DNA of 62,049 nucleotides, the filler included, from Candidatus Woesearchaeota archaeon (GTDB lineage Archaea; Nanobdellota; Nanobdellia; Woesearchaeales; CAZJJJ01): NCBI GenBank assembly GCA_046538795.1. It is 5 parts of 5 records of this genome, joined end to end, with 100 filler letters (N's around TTAATTAATTAA, not from the genome) between each part and the next. Parts side by side here need not be neighbours in the genome. Positions count along the whole stretch, not along the records: positions 1 to 30,817 come from JBKHIF010000008.1; 4 more parts are not named here. One strand, written 5' to 3'. The notes beneath the pieces are model-generated. The model ran no database searches and had not been told where the DNA came from. It worked only from the letters and a program-made list of their open reading frames with translations. Within the stretch, counting starts at the first letter, position 1. Every line of letters begins with the position of its first letter. The position numbers and the translations under genes were made by a program. Shown here one piece after another: positions 18,397-27,912 of the stretch.

Positions 18397-18801
18397 TCAA
18401 TCAAAATATCTTGGATCATCTGATCTTATGAATTCTTCTCCGAGTATGAACTCATCTGACATGTCAATATTTTTTTCTTTCTTAACTTCTTTTTTTGGGT
18501 TATTCGGTTTTACCGAATTATCGGATTTGTCGGTATTTCCGTGACTTACATCTTTGATCTCATTGAATTCAAAGACCTTTCTCATGTTTATATTTCCGCA
18601 TTTGAGACAATTGAAGTAACTTCCCCACTTGCCTGTCCTTAGTTCAAGCCATTTTCCGCATGCGCATTTCATATCATTCAGAACTGCATCTTTGTGCTTT
18701 AAACATACTGCTAAACCCTGCTTGTTTTTTGTTGTTGACTGTGCACCGCAAAAAGGACAAGAATCTACCCTGCTTTGACCATATATCTTTTTCCTGAACA
18801 T
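18397..18801 (-). CDS. Zn-finger protein (CPFC, C..H, CACG, CLKC)
   Basis: Two metal-ligand sets; LELRTGKWGSYFNC resembles a topoisomerase C4 zinc-finger repeat. Confidence 0.75.
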   Translation of the reverse strand: MFRKKIYGQSRVDSCPFCGAQSTTKNKQGLAVCLKHKDAVLNDMKCACGKWLELRTGKWGSYFNCLKCGNINMRKVFEFNEIKDVSHGNTDKSDNSVKPNNPKKEVKKEKNIDMSDEFILGEEFIRSDDPRYFD

Positions 18802-18864
18802 GTAAGTTTGAAAATAGAATTCATTTAAAAAATAATAGGTTAAGAAAAAGAAAATAAATAAAAT

Positions 18865-19797
18865 TTATTTTTCAGAATCTTCAATCTGTTTTTCTGCTTT
18901 TATGGATTCTGCCATCTGTCCTATATGTGAAGCAGCTTTTGATAATCCCTCTTCTGCAGCAGACTGTGCTGTTGCCTTTGGAGGCTTAAAACTTCCCTTT
19001 ATTTCATCCATATCATCCCATGCCATGGAAAACAGATTGCTAAGAGCATTTGCAAAGAATGGTGTATTGACCCAGATTCCAACATCGTAAGTAGGATGCA
19101 CATCAGCATCATTCAATACCATGAAGATAAGCTCTTTATTGTCAACTATGCAGAACCTTGCCCTGCTGTTGGTGTGTCTTACTTCAACAATATCTTCCAT
19201 CTCTTTTACAAGAGGCATGGATTCTTCTGTTACAGGAGCTCCGATCTTTATCTTTACACCTTTTTTCTTTATCTCTTCAAAAGTGCCTTTCAAGCCTTCA
19301 AGTTTTCTCATAAGACCCTGAGCTGTGGTCATCATCTGCACTGACTGTTCAGCATTTTTTATAGTAAGCTCAAGATGATTATAGAGATTGTGTCTTCCCC
19401 GCAGGCTTCCTGAAAGATCAGCAGGCTCGATAAGCTCAACGCCTTGTGCATGAAGTGAATTTAGTTCCTGAAGAACTTCAGTATCTTTCAGATTACTTAG
19501 GCGTTTTATCTTTTCTTCAGCCTCAAGCTTCATGTTCTTTTTCACACGTTCAAGAACCTCAGTAGGTGGAACTGCAATATATTTTATAGGCTTTCCGAGC
19601 TTCATCACGACAAATCCCTTTTTTTCAAGAGATTCTAAAACATCATAGCTTCTTGATCTTGGAACATTGGCTATGTCTGATAATTCTCCTGCTGTTGAAA
19701 CCCCTCTCGAAAGAAGAGCAGCCCATATTTTCACCTCATATAGATTCAGAGAAAAATATCTTCTTAATTTGCTTAAAAATTCTTCTTTGACAATCAT
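18865..19797 (-). CDS. TrmB-family transcriptional regulator / chromatin protein (TrmBL2-like)
   Basis: wHTH LNLYE.K...ALL..G..TAGELS....VPRSR.YDVLESLEKKGF plus PLD-like effector domain (RFCIVD.KE); GGAGG SD before ATG 19797. Confidence 0.92.
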   Translation of the reverse strand: MIVKEEFLSKLRRYFSLNLYEVKIWAALLSRGVSTAGELSDIANVPRSRSYDVLESLEKKGFVVMKLGKPIKYIAVPPTEVLERVKKNMKLEAEEKIKRLSNLKDTEVLQELNSLHAQGVELIEPADLSGSLRGRHNLYNHLELTIKNAEQSVQMMTTAQGLMRKLEGLKGTFEEIKKKGVKIKIGAPVTEESMPLVKEMEDIVEVRHTNSRARFCIVDNKELIFMVLNDADVHPTYDVGIWVNTPFFANALSNLFSMAWDDMDEIKGSFKPPKATAQSAAEEGLSKAASHIGQMAESIKAEKQIEDSEK

Positions 19798-20006
19798 CTT
19801 TACGCCTCCCTTTTGCAAAGCAATTGCGGTTAGGTCTTTTTTCAGACCTGATGCATCATAGGATCATGGATACATGATTATTGATAAAAAATACAAGAAC
19901 ACTACTACTATTAATATGTTTTGGTTTTTACTCTTTTAAAGAAGTACTAATTTTTTTTAATAATGTAGTGATGACATATTTTGGTTGTGTGTTATCAAAC
20001 AAGATA

Positions 20007-21071
20007 TTATCTTATCCTAAACCTAAGGAAACATGCAATACCACTCAATGAATTTAGTTTTTCTCCTGCTTCGTTTTCTGCTGAGATTATATGCACATCT
20101 CCTCCTGAAGAGTCTACTGTTCTCATTATTTTATCTAGTCTTTCATATTCTTCTTTTTCTCTCATTTCCTGAATAAGCTTATCAGATACAAGAAGATTTT
20201 CACAAGCTCCCAGGTTTGCCGCCTCTTCCACCTGAGAAAGTCCGTATTCAGCATTCTGGTCTTTCGCTATCCTTGAAAGAAGTTCATCAATCAGATTAAG
20301 TTCTTGTGAAAATCTCTCGTCCTTTAGTACGTCCTTAATCTCAGGTCTCTTTAAGACCTCTTTTATGGCATTTTCCCCTTCTGAATTGACTGTCGAATAA
20401 GAGACTGTTTTTTCAATACCTGCCTTTTCGATCTCCTGAGATATATATGACTTCCAGAAATTAGGACATCCCAGTATTATTTTTGTTATCTTATGGCGCT
20501 CTTTGTATTCTTTAAGTTTTGATGCCACATCTTTGAAAAATGATGATTTTGTATTTTCCTGAAACTGCTTTTTTTGCACATCCCCCTTAAGATCAGAGAT
20601 CATCTCATATCCATATTTCTTGAGGATTGCAAAATATGCGCTGTCTCTGTCAAGAGTGCATATAAGAATATTTCCGTTCTTATTTTCAGAAGCCTCTTTT
20701 AGCTTCTTTATCTGGAATCCCAAAAACTCCTGAGGTTTGCTTATGCTAAGCTCTGAATCGTAACCAACATTTAATGTATGATAATCTCCTGAAGGGATAT
20801 CTTCTCTTCCTTGTGTTATTATCCCTGAAAGCCTTAAGGAATCAGCAGTCTCGGAAAACTGGATCTTTTCAAGATCAATCTCAAGTTTAAGTTTTTTCTT
20901 TATTATCTTGGTCTTTCTCTCATCGCCTTCTCCCAGCTTTATTTTCCTGTAAGTTACAGAACTAACCTTGTCTCCCTTTTCCAGTATGTGGGAAAGATAC
21001 CAAAGATCATCAAGATTCTCTGTCTTAAGCTTTACAAATCCTTTTCTGAAATCCTGTGTTATTATTTTCAT
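20007..21071 (-). CDS. pelA: mRNA surveillance protein pelota (Dom34)
   Basis: E.LDDLWYL, YHTL, YG...V.EA...GA.E.LL.SD, E.GEKL..L.GIA..LRF. Confidence 0.95.
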   Translation of the reverse strand: MKIITQDFRKGFVKLKTENLDDLWYLSHILEKGDKVSSVTYRKIKLGEGDERKTKIIKKKLKLEIDLEKIQFSETADSLRLSGIITQGREDIPSGDYHTLNVGYDSELSISKPQEFLGFQIKKLKEASENKNGNILICTLDRDSAYFAILKKYGYEMISDLKGDVQKKQFQENTKSSFFKDVASKLKEYKERHKITKIILGCPNFWKSYISQEIEKAGIEKTVSYSTVNSEGENAIKEVLKRPEIKDVLKDERFSQELNLIDELLSRIAKDQNAEYGLSQVEEAANLGACENLLVSDKLIQEMREKEEYERLDKIMRTVDSSGGDVHIISAENEAGEKLNSLSGIACFLRFRIR

Positions 21072-21325
21072 TTGTTATTTTACTCCAATAATTTTATATT
21101 GTCTATTTTATTAAGATATGTGCTATGAATATCTTATTTTACAAAATTGTAATATTTTTATTTTTAAGCTTTTTTTGTCTTTGTTTTATGATATTATCAT
21201 TTGATGCGTCAAAAAACCAAAAAAACATTAAAAAGCAAAAGTTATATATATATAAATTTTAATTAAATTACTATAGCTGGTTCTGTAGCCGGCAATGAAT
21301 TATCCAATGAACGGTTCCTGATAAA

Positions 21326-22546
21326 ATGATCATGAAAAACCAAAGCGACAACATCTTTTCAAAGTTTCCTTCAAAAAAAGGTCAGAAAAATGCAGGAAAT
21401 GCAGCAACTTTTATAATACTTGTCGGGGCTGTCTTTTTACTCTATGTATTATTTCTACCTCCTGATATTAGAGAATCACTTCTTAATCCAGAGAATGAGA
21501 CATTAGAAAATGGAGAATCTGCTGATATAAAAAAAGTCCTTTTGGAAAAAGCTCCGGGAACGCTTGATTATCTGCCTGAAAAAAACTTTGAATATCCAAT
21601 ACCTTCATTTAATCTTAGAAAATCAACAAGTTCAGATATCATAGCAGAAGAAAATCCATTTTACATAAAGCGTTCTTGGTTTTCAGGGACAGAAAAAAGC
21701 ATACGTTTTCAGATTAAAGAACCAAAAGATACAAAAAATGTCCAGCTAAGCTTCAATGCATTGCAGCATGATGGCAGGCTCAGCATAAATCTGAACGGTT
21801 ATAATATATATGACAAACAGGTTGAAGATGTCCTTATAGAGCCCATACCTCTTGACAGCATGTATATTTCTGAAAATAATAATTTAGTATTCTCTGTCTC
21901 GTCTCCTGAATGGCAGTTCTGGGACAAGAACGAGTACAGCATAGATAACCTGATAATCGCAGCAGACATAGATGCTACAGAAAACCTGAATGCAAGACAT
22001 AATTTTTTCATGGAACCTGAGGAGGCAAGAAGCATAAATTCTGCAAGGCTTATTTTTACGCCCTTATGCACAGAAGACAGTGTAGGAAGGCTTACAGTAA
22101 AGATCAACAGCAGGACTATATATTCTTCTATACCTGATTGCAATCTTCCTGCGAGGATTGATTTTTCTGCATCACTTCTTGAAGAAGAGGAGAATTTCAT
22201 TGAGTTTTCTGCAGCATATGGTAATTATCTTATAGATACAGTAAGCATAAAGACTGAAACAGGAGAGACAGATTATCCAACATATTACTTTGATCTTTCA
22301 GCAGACGAATATCACGATATTAAGAACAGGAATGATGATATCAACATAACTATAGATATGCTTGATAATGAGGAATTCAAAGAAGCTTATGTTTTGATAA
22401 ATGAACACAGGCTTTATCTTGATACAGAAGATGACAAATTTACAAGGAACATAAAAGAGATCGTATATGAAGGAAAAAATACTGTTCAGATAAAACCCCT
22501 CAGAAGTTTTGAGATTACAAGACTAAGGGTTGTCTTGTATGACTGA
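21326..22546 (+). CDS. Hypothetical surface protein with class III (type IV pilin-like) signal peptide
   Basis: KKGQ followed by hydrophobic AATFIILVGAVFLLYVLFLPP; three beta-rich repeats (L.I.+N...+Y...N.+.F). Confidence 0.75.
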   Translation: MIMKNQSDNIFSKFPSKKGQKNAGNAATFIILVGAVFLLYVLFLPPDIRESLLNPENETLENGESADIKKVLLEKAPGTLDYLPEKNFEYPIPSFNLRKSTSSDIIAEENPFYIKRSWFSGTEKSIRFQIKEPKDTKNVQLSFNALQHDGRLSINLNGYNIYDKQVEDVLIEPIPLDSMYISENNNLVFSVSSPEWQFWDKNEYSIDNLIIAADIDATENLNARHNFFMEPEEARSINSARLIFTPLCTEDSVGRLTVKINSRTIYSSIPDCNLPARIDFSASLLEEEENFIEFSAAYGNYLIDTVSIKTETGETDYPTYYFDLSADEYHDIKNRNDDINITIDMLDNEEFKEAYVLINEHRLYLDTEDDKFTRNIKEIVYEGKNTVQIKPLRSFEITRLRVVLYD

Positions 22547-22591
22547 TTATGTATTTTTATGATTCTCATATGTTTATAAAAGAGGTATAAT

Positions 22592-24811
22592 ATGGATTTT
22601 AATGGTCCTGCGGGAAATGCATCTTTAGGCGCATCAGTCAACAGCGGAGGCTCTGTTCCCGGCGATCCTCTCAGGCCATTTCGTCGTTTTTTCAGCAGTT
22701 TTGCAAGGATATTTGGTTTTGGGATGAGAATTGCTTTCATAATCGCAATAATTCTGGGGATAATCTGGCTTATCACTCAGGTTGGACCCTGGCTTCTTGT
22801 AAAGCTGGGCATAGCTGCGCAGGAAGCAGGTATTGATTCAGGAGAAGATGCAATTAACCGCGCCTGGGAAGCTAAAGATGATTTTCTAAAAAATACTGAA
22901 GGTGAATGGGAAAAGCAGATGGCTTTTGCCACAGGACAATCATATGAATCTGAAGTTGATGCGAATTCAGGCACTGATCTTGGAGTAAGAATACTTGAGA
23001 TAGACCATGATGCAAGCTATAAGTATGATGAGGCTGTGACTGTATGGGCAAGAGTTCATGTGGGAAGCCTTGGGGATGGATATACCAATGTGATTTCTGA
23101 ATGTTATCTTCAGGATCCAAATGACAAAGACAAGAAAATATATGGTGCAACTAATCCTGATTCATTTTCTGTATATAGGGAAGAAGATGTGGACATAAGA
23201 TGCACCTTTGAACCTGGAGCCTTGCAGAAAGAAAGAAACAAGATGGTATTTTCCTTAAAATACAATTTTTCTACAAAAGCATATCTCAAGACAAGCTTTA
23301 TGCAGGGTACGACCATGAGAAATCTTATGACAACAAATCCGGAAATATTTGATGAATATGGGGCTGATCCTATTGCAAAGAACAGCGATGGTCCGATCTC
23401 AATAGGGATGGGAGCAAGCTCATATCCTGTTCCTATAGGAAACCTTGAAGTTCTTCCGACATTAGGATTTACTATTACTGACCGCGGTGAAGGAAAGATA
23501 GAGAGGATAAATTATTTTGAAGTCATGATTCCACAGTCGCTTTCAATAAACTGCGACAGCAACAAGCAGCTTGAGGAGATCAATGCTGAAAATGGACTTA
23601 AAACTTACAGGATGTCTGTTGCAGGCCTTCAGAACATGAATGATAATATAGAATCAGATGTTAATACATATAAAGCAGAAAACATAAAGTGCCAGATTGA
23701 TTCTCCTAATCCACGAATGCTTTTCTCGGGATTTTCATATTTTACTCCTGTGAAAAGATCTGTTTTTGCAGACATAAACTACACATACATAGTTGAAGAA
23801 AGTGAATATCTGGTTGTGAATGAAAATGAAGGATTTGTCGTAAGCTTTAAGGCAGGCAACGATTATGGAAATAAAATTACAAGAGCTGCTGAAGTTGAAT
23901 GCATAGGCAATTATTATGATGGTCAGATAGAAAGTGCAACCTATCAAATATCTCTTCACAAGACAGATCCTGAAACCGGAAAGCTGGAAAAGATGATGGA
24001 GTATGGTCCAAGAAATGCAGTAATGACTGATTCAAGTGCAAAAAGAGTCTCTTCCCAGATGATATTTTTCAATTCACCTGAAGTGTTTGACGGCAACATG
24101 GAAAAAGGAGATACAGTACTTTGCACCATGAAAATCAGGACAAAATATGGAGGCGAAGAAATGACAAGTTCCAGATATGCCCTGGTAGAAAATTCATTGC
24201 CTGAGATAGATTCTCTTAGTCTTTATCCGAGTACTCCTGATCCTTTTGATAATATTGTATGCAGGGGGCTTGTGGATGATAAAGATACTGAAGATGAGAT
24301 TACAGCAAGCTATACCATAAAAGTAAATGGAGAAACAGTCAAGAATGGCATTATACCATGTATCGCTTATCAATCATCAGATACAGTCCATCTTTGTGAT
24401 GTAGTGATAGAATCAAGTCTTACAGAATTAAATGACTATGTCCACTGCACTATGCTTCCTAACGATGGCCGTTTTTCAGGAACTGCAGGATCTGAAGGCA
24501 CAAGCATAGAAGAAGAATCATCAGGAGATAATGTAATAGCAAACAGCTCTTCAGTAGATCAGCCGCAAGAAGATCCTGACACTCAAAATCCTAACGAAGA
24601 AACTGAAACACTGGAATGTGAAGATGAGGACGGCGGTAAAGAATATTCCTATAAATCAACAACCACAGGCCTCGATGAGAGCGGAGAGCCTGTTTCTATG
24701 ACTGATTATTGTGAATCAGATTCATCTTTGATTGAATATTACTGTGAAGATAATATTGTGAAATATACGAGCATACCATGCAGCAATAATTGTTATGACG
24801 GCGAATGCTAA
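22592..24811 (+). CDS. Membrane-anchored hypothetical protein; paralog domain of the downstream lipoproteins plus Ig-like and Cys-rich C-terminal modules
   Basis: N-terminal TM; NSDGPISIGM..GF.I.D.G.G.I and NY.Y motifs; C.D.DGG.....K.T..G...TDYC C-terminal module. Confidence 0.75.
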   Translation: MDFNGPAGNASLGASVNSGGSVPGDPLRPFRRFFSSFARIFGFGMRIAFIIAIILGIIWLITQVGPWLLVKLGIAAQEAGIDSGEDAINRAWEAKDDFLKNTEGEWEKQMAFATGQSYESEVDANSGTDLGVRILEIDHDASYKYDEAVTVWARVHVGSLGDGYTNVISECYLQDPNDKDKKIYGATNPDSFSVYREEDVDIRCTFEPGALQKERNKMVFSLKYNFSTKAYLKTSFMQGTTMRNLMTTNPEIFDEYGADPIAKNSDGPISIGMGASSYPVPIGNLEVLPTLGFTITDRGEGKIERINYFEVMIPQSLSINCDSNKQLEEINAENGLKTYRMSVAGLQNMNDNIESDVNTYKAENIKCQIDSPNPRMLFSGFSYFTPVKRSVFADINYTYIVEESEYLVVNENEGFVVSFKAGNDYGNKITRAAEVECIGNYYDGQIESATYQISLHKTDPETGKLEKMMEYGPRNAVMTDSSAKRVSSQMIFFNSPEVFDGNMEKGDTVLCTMKIRTKYGGEEMTSSRYALVENSLPEIDSLSLYPSTPDPFDNIVCRGLVDDKDTEDEITASYTIKVNGETVKNGIIPCIAYQSSDTVHLCDVVIESSLTELNDYVHCTMLPNDGRFSGTAGSEGTSIEEESSGDNVIANSSSVDQPQEDPDTQNPNEETETLECEDEDGGKEYSYKSTTTGLDESGEPVSMTDYCESDSSLIEYYCEDNIVKYTSIPCSNNCYDGEC

Positions 24812-24826
24812 GATAATTGTGGAAAA

Positions 24827-25849
24827 ATGAAAATGATCAATGCGCAAAAACAAAACCTGAAAAATAAAACTGTATCTGTTAAGAAACATGCAAGTCTAAT
24901 TCCTGTGATCTTACTTATGTTGATTATGACTTTGATTTCAGGGTGTGATTCAGGCTTGTTTTCTAACGATTCTCAGATGGAATATGAAATTGTCGGCCAC
25001 TCAGGACTTGACAAGGGAATATATGAAGGAACTCCTCCTGACAAGGTCTATGAAGAATCCCAGTTCTCTGTTATGTTAGGTCTGGAAAACACAGGAAAAC
25101 ATGACATAGTCCAGGGAATAATAAATACTATAGTTGAGGAAGAATATGTTACTTTTGTTGATGAAGACTTAAGATTCATACCCTTTACAATGGCTGGGGT
25201 AGAAGATTATTCTCCAGGCGAGATAAGGACTGAGACTATAGATCTTCAGACAGGAAACCTGGGCGCACTTAATTCTCATGATACTGAAATTACCATGAAT
25301 TTATGTTATGATTATTCAACACATTTTGAAGAAACAGTCTGCATTGATTCAAACCCTAATATGGGAACCGCCCAGAAATCATGTGAGGTGAATGATATAG
25401 TTGATTCAGCCGGTCAGGGAGCCCCTGTAGCCATCACTGAAATCAGGGAAAAGATCGCAGGAACTACAGATGGCGCCAAAATAGTTTTTGAGATATATAT
25501 AGAAAATAAAGGAAATGGAATATTGTTTGTTCCAGACAGGATAGAGAAAATGTGCGGTCCTATGGATCCTGATAATTTTGTTAAGACTGAAGAGATGAAC
25601 ACCATAAGTATAGATGAAGTGAGGTTCTCAAGCTACAGCTTGAATGATGGAAGCATAGTATGCACGCCATTTGTGGAAAGCTCTGAATTTCCCGGCCATT
25701 ATGATATCTCTCAAAATGAATTTCTGAGATGCACGACAAGAGATCCTATTCCATCTGCCATGGGAACATTCTCGACCCAGCTTATAATAGAATTCAGTTA
25801 CGGCTATATTGAAACAATAGAAAAAGAGATAACTATCGAGAAAATATGA
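24827..25849 (+). CDS. Putative lipoprotein (paralog 1)
   Basis: Lipobox-like LISGC; CYDYST...CID...C...GQGAPVAITEI. Confidence 0.8.
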   Translation: MKMINAQKQNLKNKTVSVKKHASLIPVILLMLIMTLISGCDSGLFSNDSQMEYEIVGHSGLDKGIYEGTPPDKVYEESQFSVMLGLENTGKHDIVQGIINTIVEEEYVTFVDEDLRFIPFTMAGVEDYSPGEIRTETIDLQTGNLGALNSHDTEITMNLCYDYSTHFEETVCIDSNPNMGTAQKSCEVNDIVDSAGQGAPVAITEIREKIAGTTDGAKIVFEIYIENKGNGILFVPDRIEKMCGPMDPDNFVKTEEMNTISIDEVRFSSYSLNDGSIVCTPFVESSEFPGHYDISQNEFLRCTTRDPIPSAMGTFSTQLIIEFSYGYIETIEKEITIEKI

Positions 25850-25954
25850 TTTTTCAAAAAACCACTCTTTTTTTTGTTTTTAGACTGAAATGATCAAAAA
25901 AGCATCTTTAAAATCAAAAAGTTTAAATACGAAATTTCTGATATTATTCTAGAT

Positions 25955-26905
25955 ATGAAGAAAATAGCTATTTTGATTAATGTTATTTTTATGATTTCTG
26001 TATTAATATTTGCAGCAGGATGCCAGAATACGACAAATAATGGTTCTATCGGTGACTTTACTCCCCAGGGCACGAAAGGCTTAACCATGACTTTTGTGGA
26101 AAATGCTCCTCCTGATGATATCTATGTCGAGTCAGGAGCGACAAACGATGTTTTTGAGACAACGATCGAACTAAAAAATCAAGGATCTTATCCTAAAGAA
26201 GAAGGTTTTGAAGGAAAATTATACATTGGTGGATTTGATGAAACTGTGATAACCAGTGGAGGCTGGGACGGCGGAGAGGATATACCCACTACGCTTAATG
26301 GTAAAAGCCAGTTCTTTCCTGAAGGCGGTTATGAGATCAAATCATATTTTGCTGATATCAACTATGGGTTTGATTCAAACAGCTATCGGCCGACCATACT
26401 TGTTACAGCTTGTTATAATTATCAGACAAGAGCTTCACCTCTTGTATGCATAGATCCTACACCTACTTCGACAACAGTAAAGAACAAGATATGCACCATG
26501 AGTGATGTTTCTATGTCAGGCGGTCAGGGAGGTCCAGTATCAGTAACATCTCTCGAGCAGTCAGGAAATTCTCAAAAGACAATATTCAAGATACACATAC
26601 AAAATCAGGGCGGAGGCCAGGTAATACCTTGGGATGCCTATGACAGGTGCCAGGAACTTACAAGAAGAGATATTGATACAGTACAGGTTCAGGTATCAGC
26701 ATCAAGCCTTGGAAATGGCCAATGTACTCCTGCCGGAACATCTGATCAGCCTGTACGTCTGCAGAACGGACGTGGTGTAATAGTATGCACATTTGACAAT
26801 CCTCTTGGAAGAAATGATGCATACACGACACCTCTTGACATAACACTTTCATATGGATATTCAGAATCAATAATGAAACAGGTCAATATAATTAAAATTG
26901 ATTAA
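25955..26905 (+). CDS. Putative lipoprotein (paralog 2)
   Basis: Lipobox-like FAAGC; CYNYQT...CID...C...GQGGPVSVT. Confidence 0.8.
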   Translation: MKKIAILINVIFMISVLIFAAGCQNTTNNGSIGDFTPQGTKGLTMTFVENAPPDDIYVESGATNDVFETTIELKNQGSYPKEEGFEGKLYIGGFDETVITSGGWDGGEDIPTTLNGKSQFFPEGGYEIKSYFADINYGFDSNSYRPTILVTACYNYQTRASPLVCIDPTPTSTTVKNKICTMSDVSMSGGQGGPVSVTSLEQSGNSQKTIFKIHIQNQGGGQVIPWDAYDRCQELTRRDIDTVQVQVSASSLGNGQCTPAGTSDQPVRLQNGRGVIVCTFDNPLGRNDAYTTPLDITLSYGYSESIMKQVNIIKID

Positions 26906-26918
26906 AAAGGTGAGTATA

Positions 26919-27854
26919 ATGAGAAAGGAATCCATTTTATTGTTCATTGTGGCGATGCTTTTTATTGCCGGATGCACCGACGGAAACGATAACTCTTCGG
27001 GGTCTGTTGTTCCATTTATAGGCGGGACAGACAGCGTTGATATCATGTTTGAGGAAGGAGCCCCTCCTGGCGAGGTATATGCAGGAAACCAGTATCCTTT
27101 TGATATTATAGTCACCATGAATAATGTGGGAGAATATGATGTTAATGCTGAGGATGTAAGAGTGACCATAGGAGGATTCAATCCTGCACTTTTCGGTCTT
27201 GATGAGCTTCAGAAATCTCCTTTAGATGATCTGATAGCAACAAAAAAAGATCCAGAAGGAAATATTCTTGAAGGAACAACGTCAAGCGTTGAATTTCTTG
27301 ATCTTAATTACCAGGATAACCTTGATGCGACAATCGGGAACCTTCCTGTAGTTGCAGATGTCTGCTACAAATACGGAACAAAGGCAAGGGCTAAAATATG
27401 TGTCAAGAAAAACGTGCTTAGCACAAAGGGAGATTCAATCTGTGATATAAATGGGGAAAAAAGCGTACAGAACTCAGCAGGTCCTGTTCATATAACAGAG
27501 CTAAAAGAGGCAGCACAGGGAACAAACAAGCTGGTTATAAGTTTCAAAGTGGTCCATCTTGGAGATGGCCAGGTATATGTTCCTGAAAGCTTTTGTCCTG
27601 ATGAACGCGGTTCAGAAAACAGGGTCTGGCTTGATATAAATACTGGTCTTGAAGGTCTTCAATGCACAGGCATAACATCAGGATCATCAACTTCAGGAGA
27701 AGTCAACCTTGGTGTTAATGGAGAAAGGACAGTAAGATGCACTCTGGATCTTTCAAATATTGCAACTGATTTTGAGCAGTCTATGAGCTTTGAGCTTGTA
27801 TATGATTATTTCAAGACACTTGAGACAGGACTTACAGTAAGGCCTAATGAATAA
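26919..27854 (+). CDS. Putative lipoprotein (paralog 3)
   Basis: AGGTGA SD before ATG 26919; lipobox-like FIAGC; CYKYGT...C...C...NSAGPVHITEL. Confidence 0.8.
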   Translation: MRKESILLFIVAMLFIAGCTDGNDNSSGSVVPFIGGTDSVDIMFEEGAPPGEVYAGNQYPFDIIVTMNNVGEYDVNAEDVRVTIGGFNPALFGLDELQKSPLDDLIATKKDPEGNILEGTTSSVEFLDLNYQDNLDATIGNLPVVADVCYKYGTKARAKICVKKNVLSTKGDSICDINGEKSVQNSAGPVHITELKEAAQGTNKLVISFKVVHLGDGQVYVPESFCPDERGSENRVWLDINTGLEGLQCTGITSGSSTSGEVNLGVNGERTVRCTLDLSNIATDFEQSMSFELVYDYFKTLETGLTVRPNE

Positions 27855-27912
27855 GGCTTTTTTCTTTTTTTAAATTTTTTTAGAATTTATTCTATTTTCG
27901 TCTGGCTTAGTG
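27855..27912. terminator. T-rich archaeal-type terminator region between convergent genes
   Basis: GGCTTTTTTCTTTTTTTAAATTTTTTT immediately after the stop at 27854. Confidence 0.4.
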
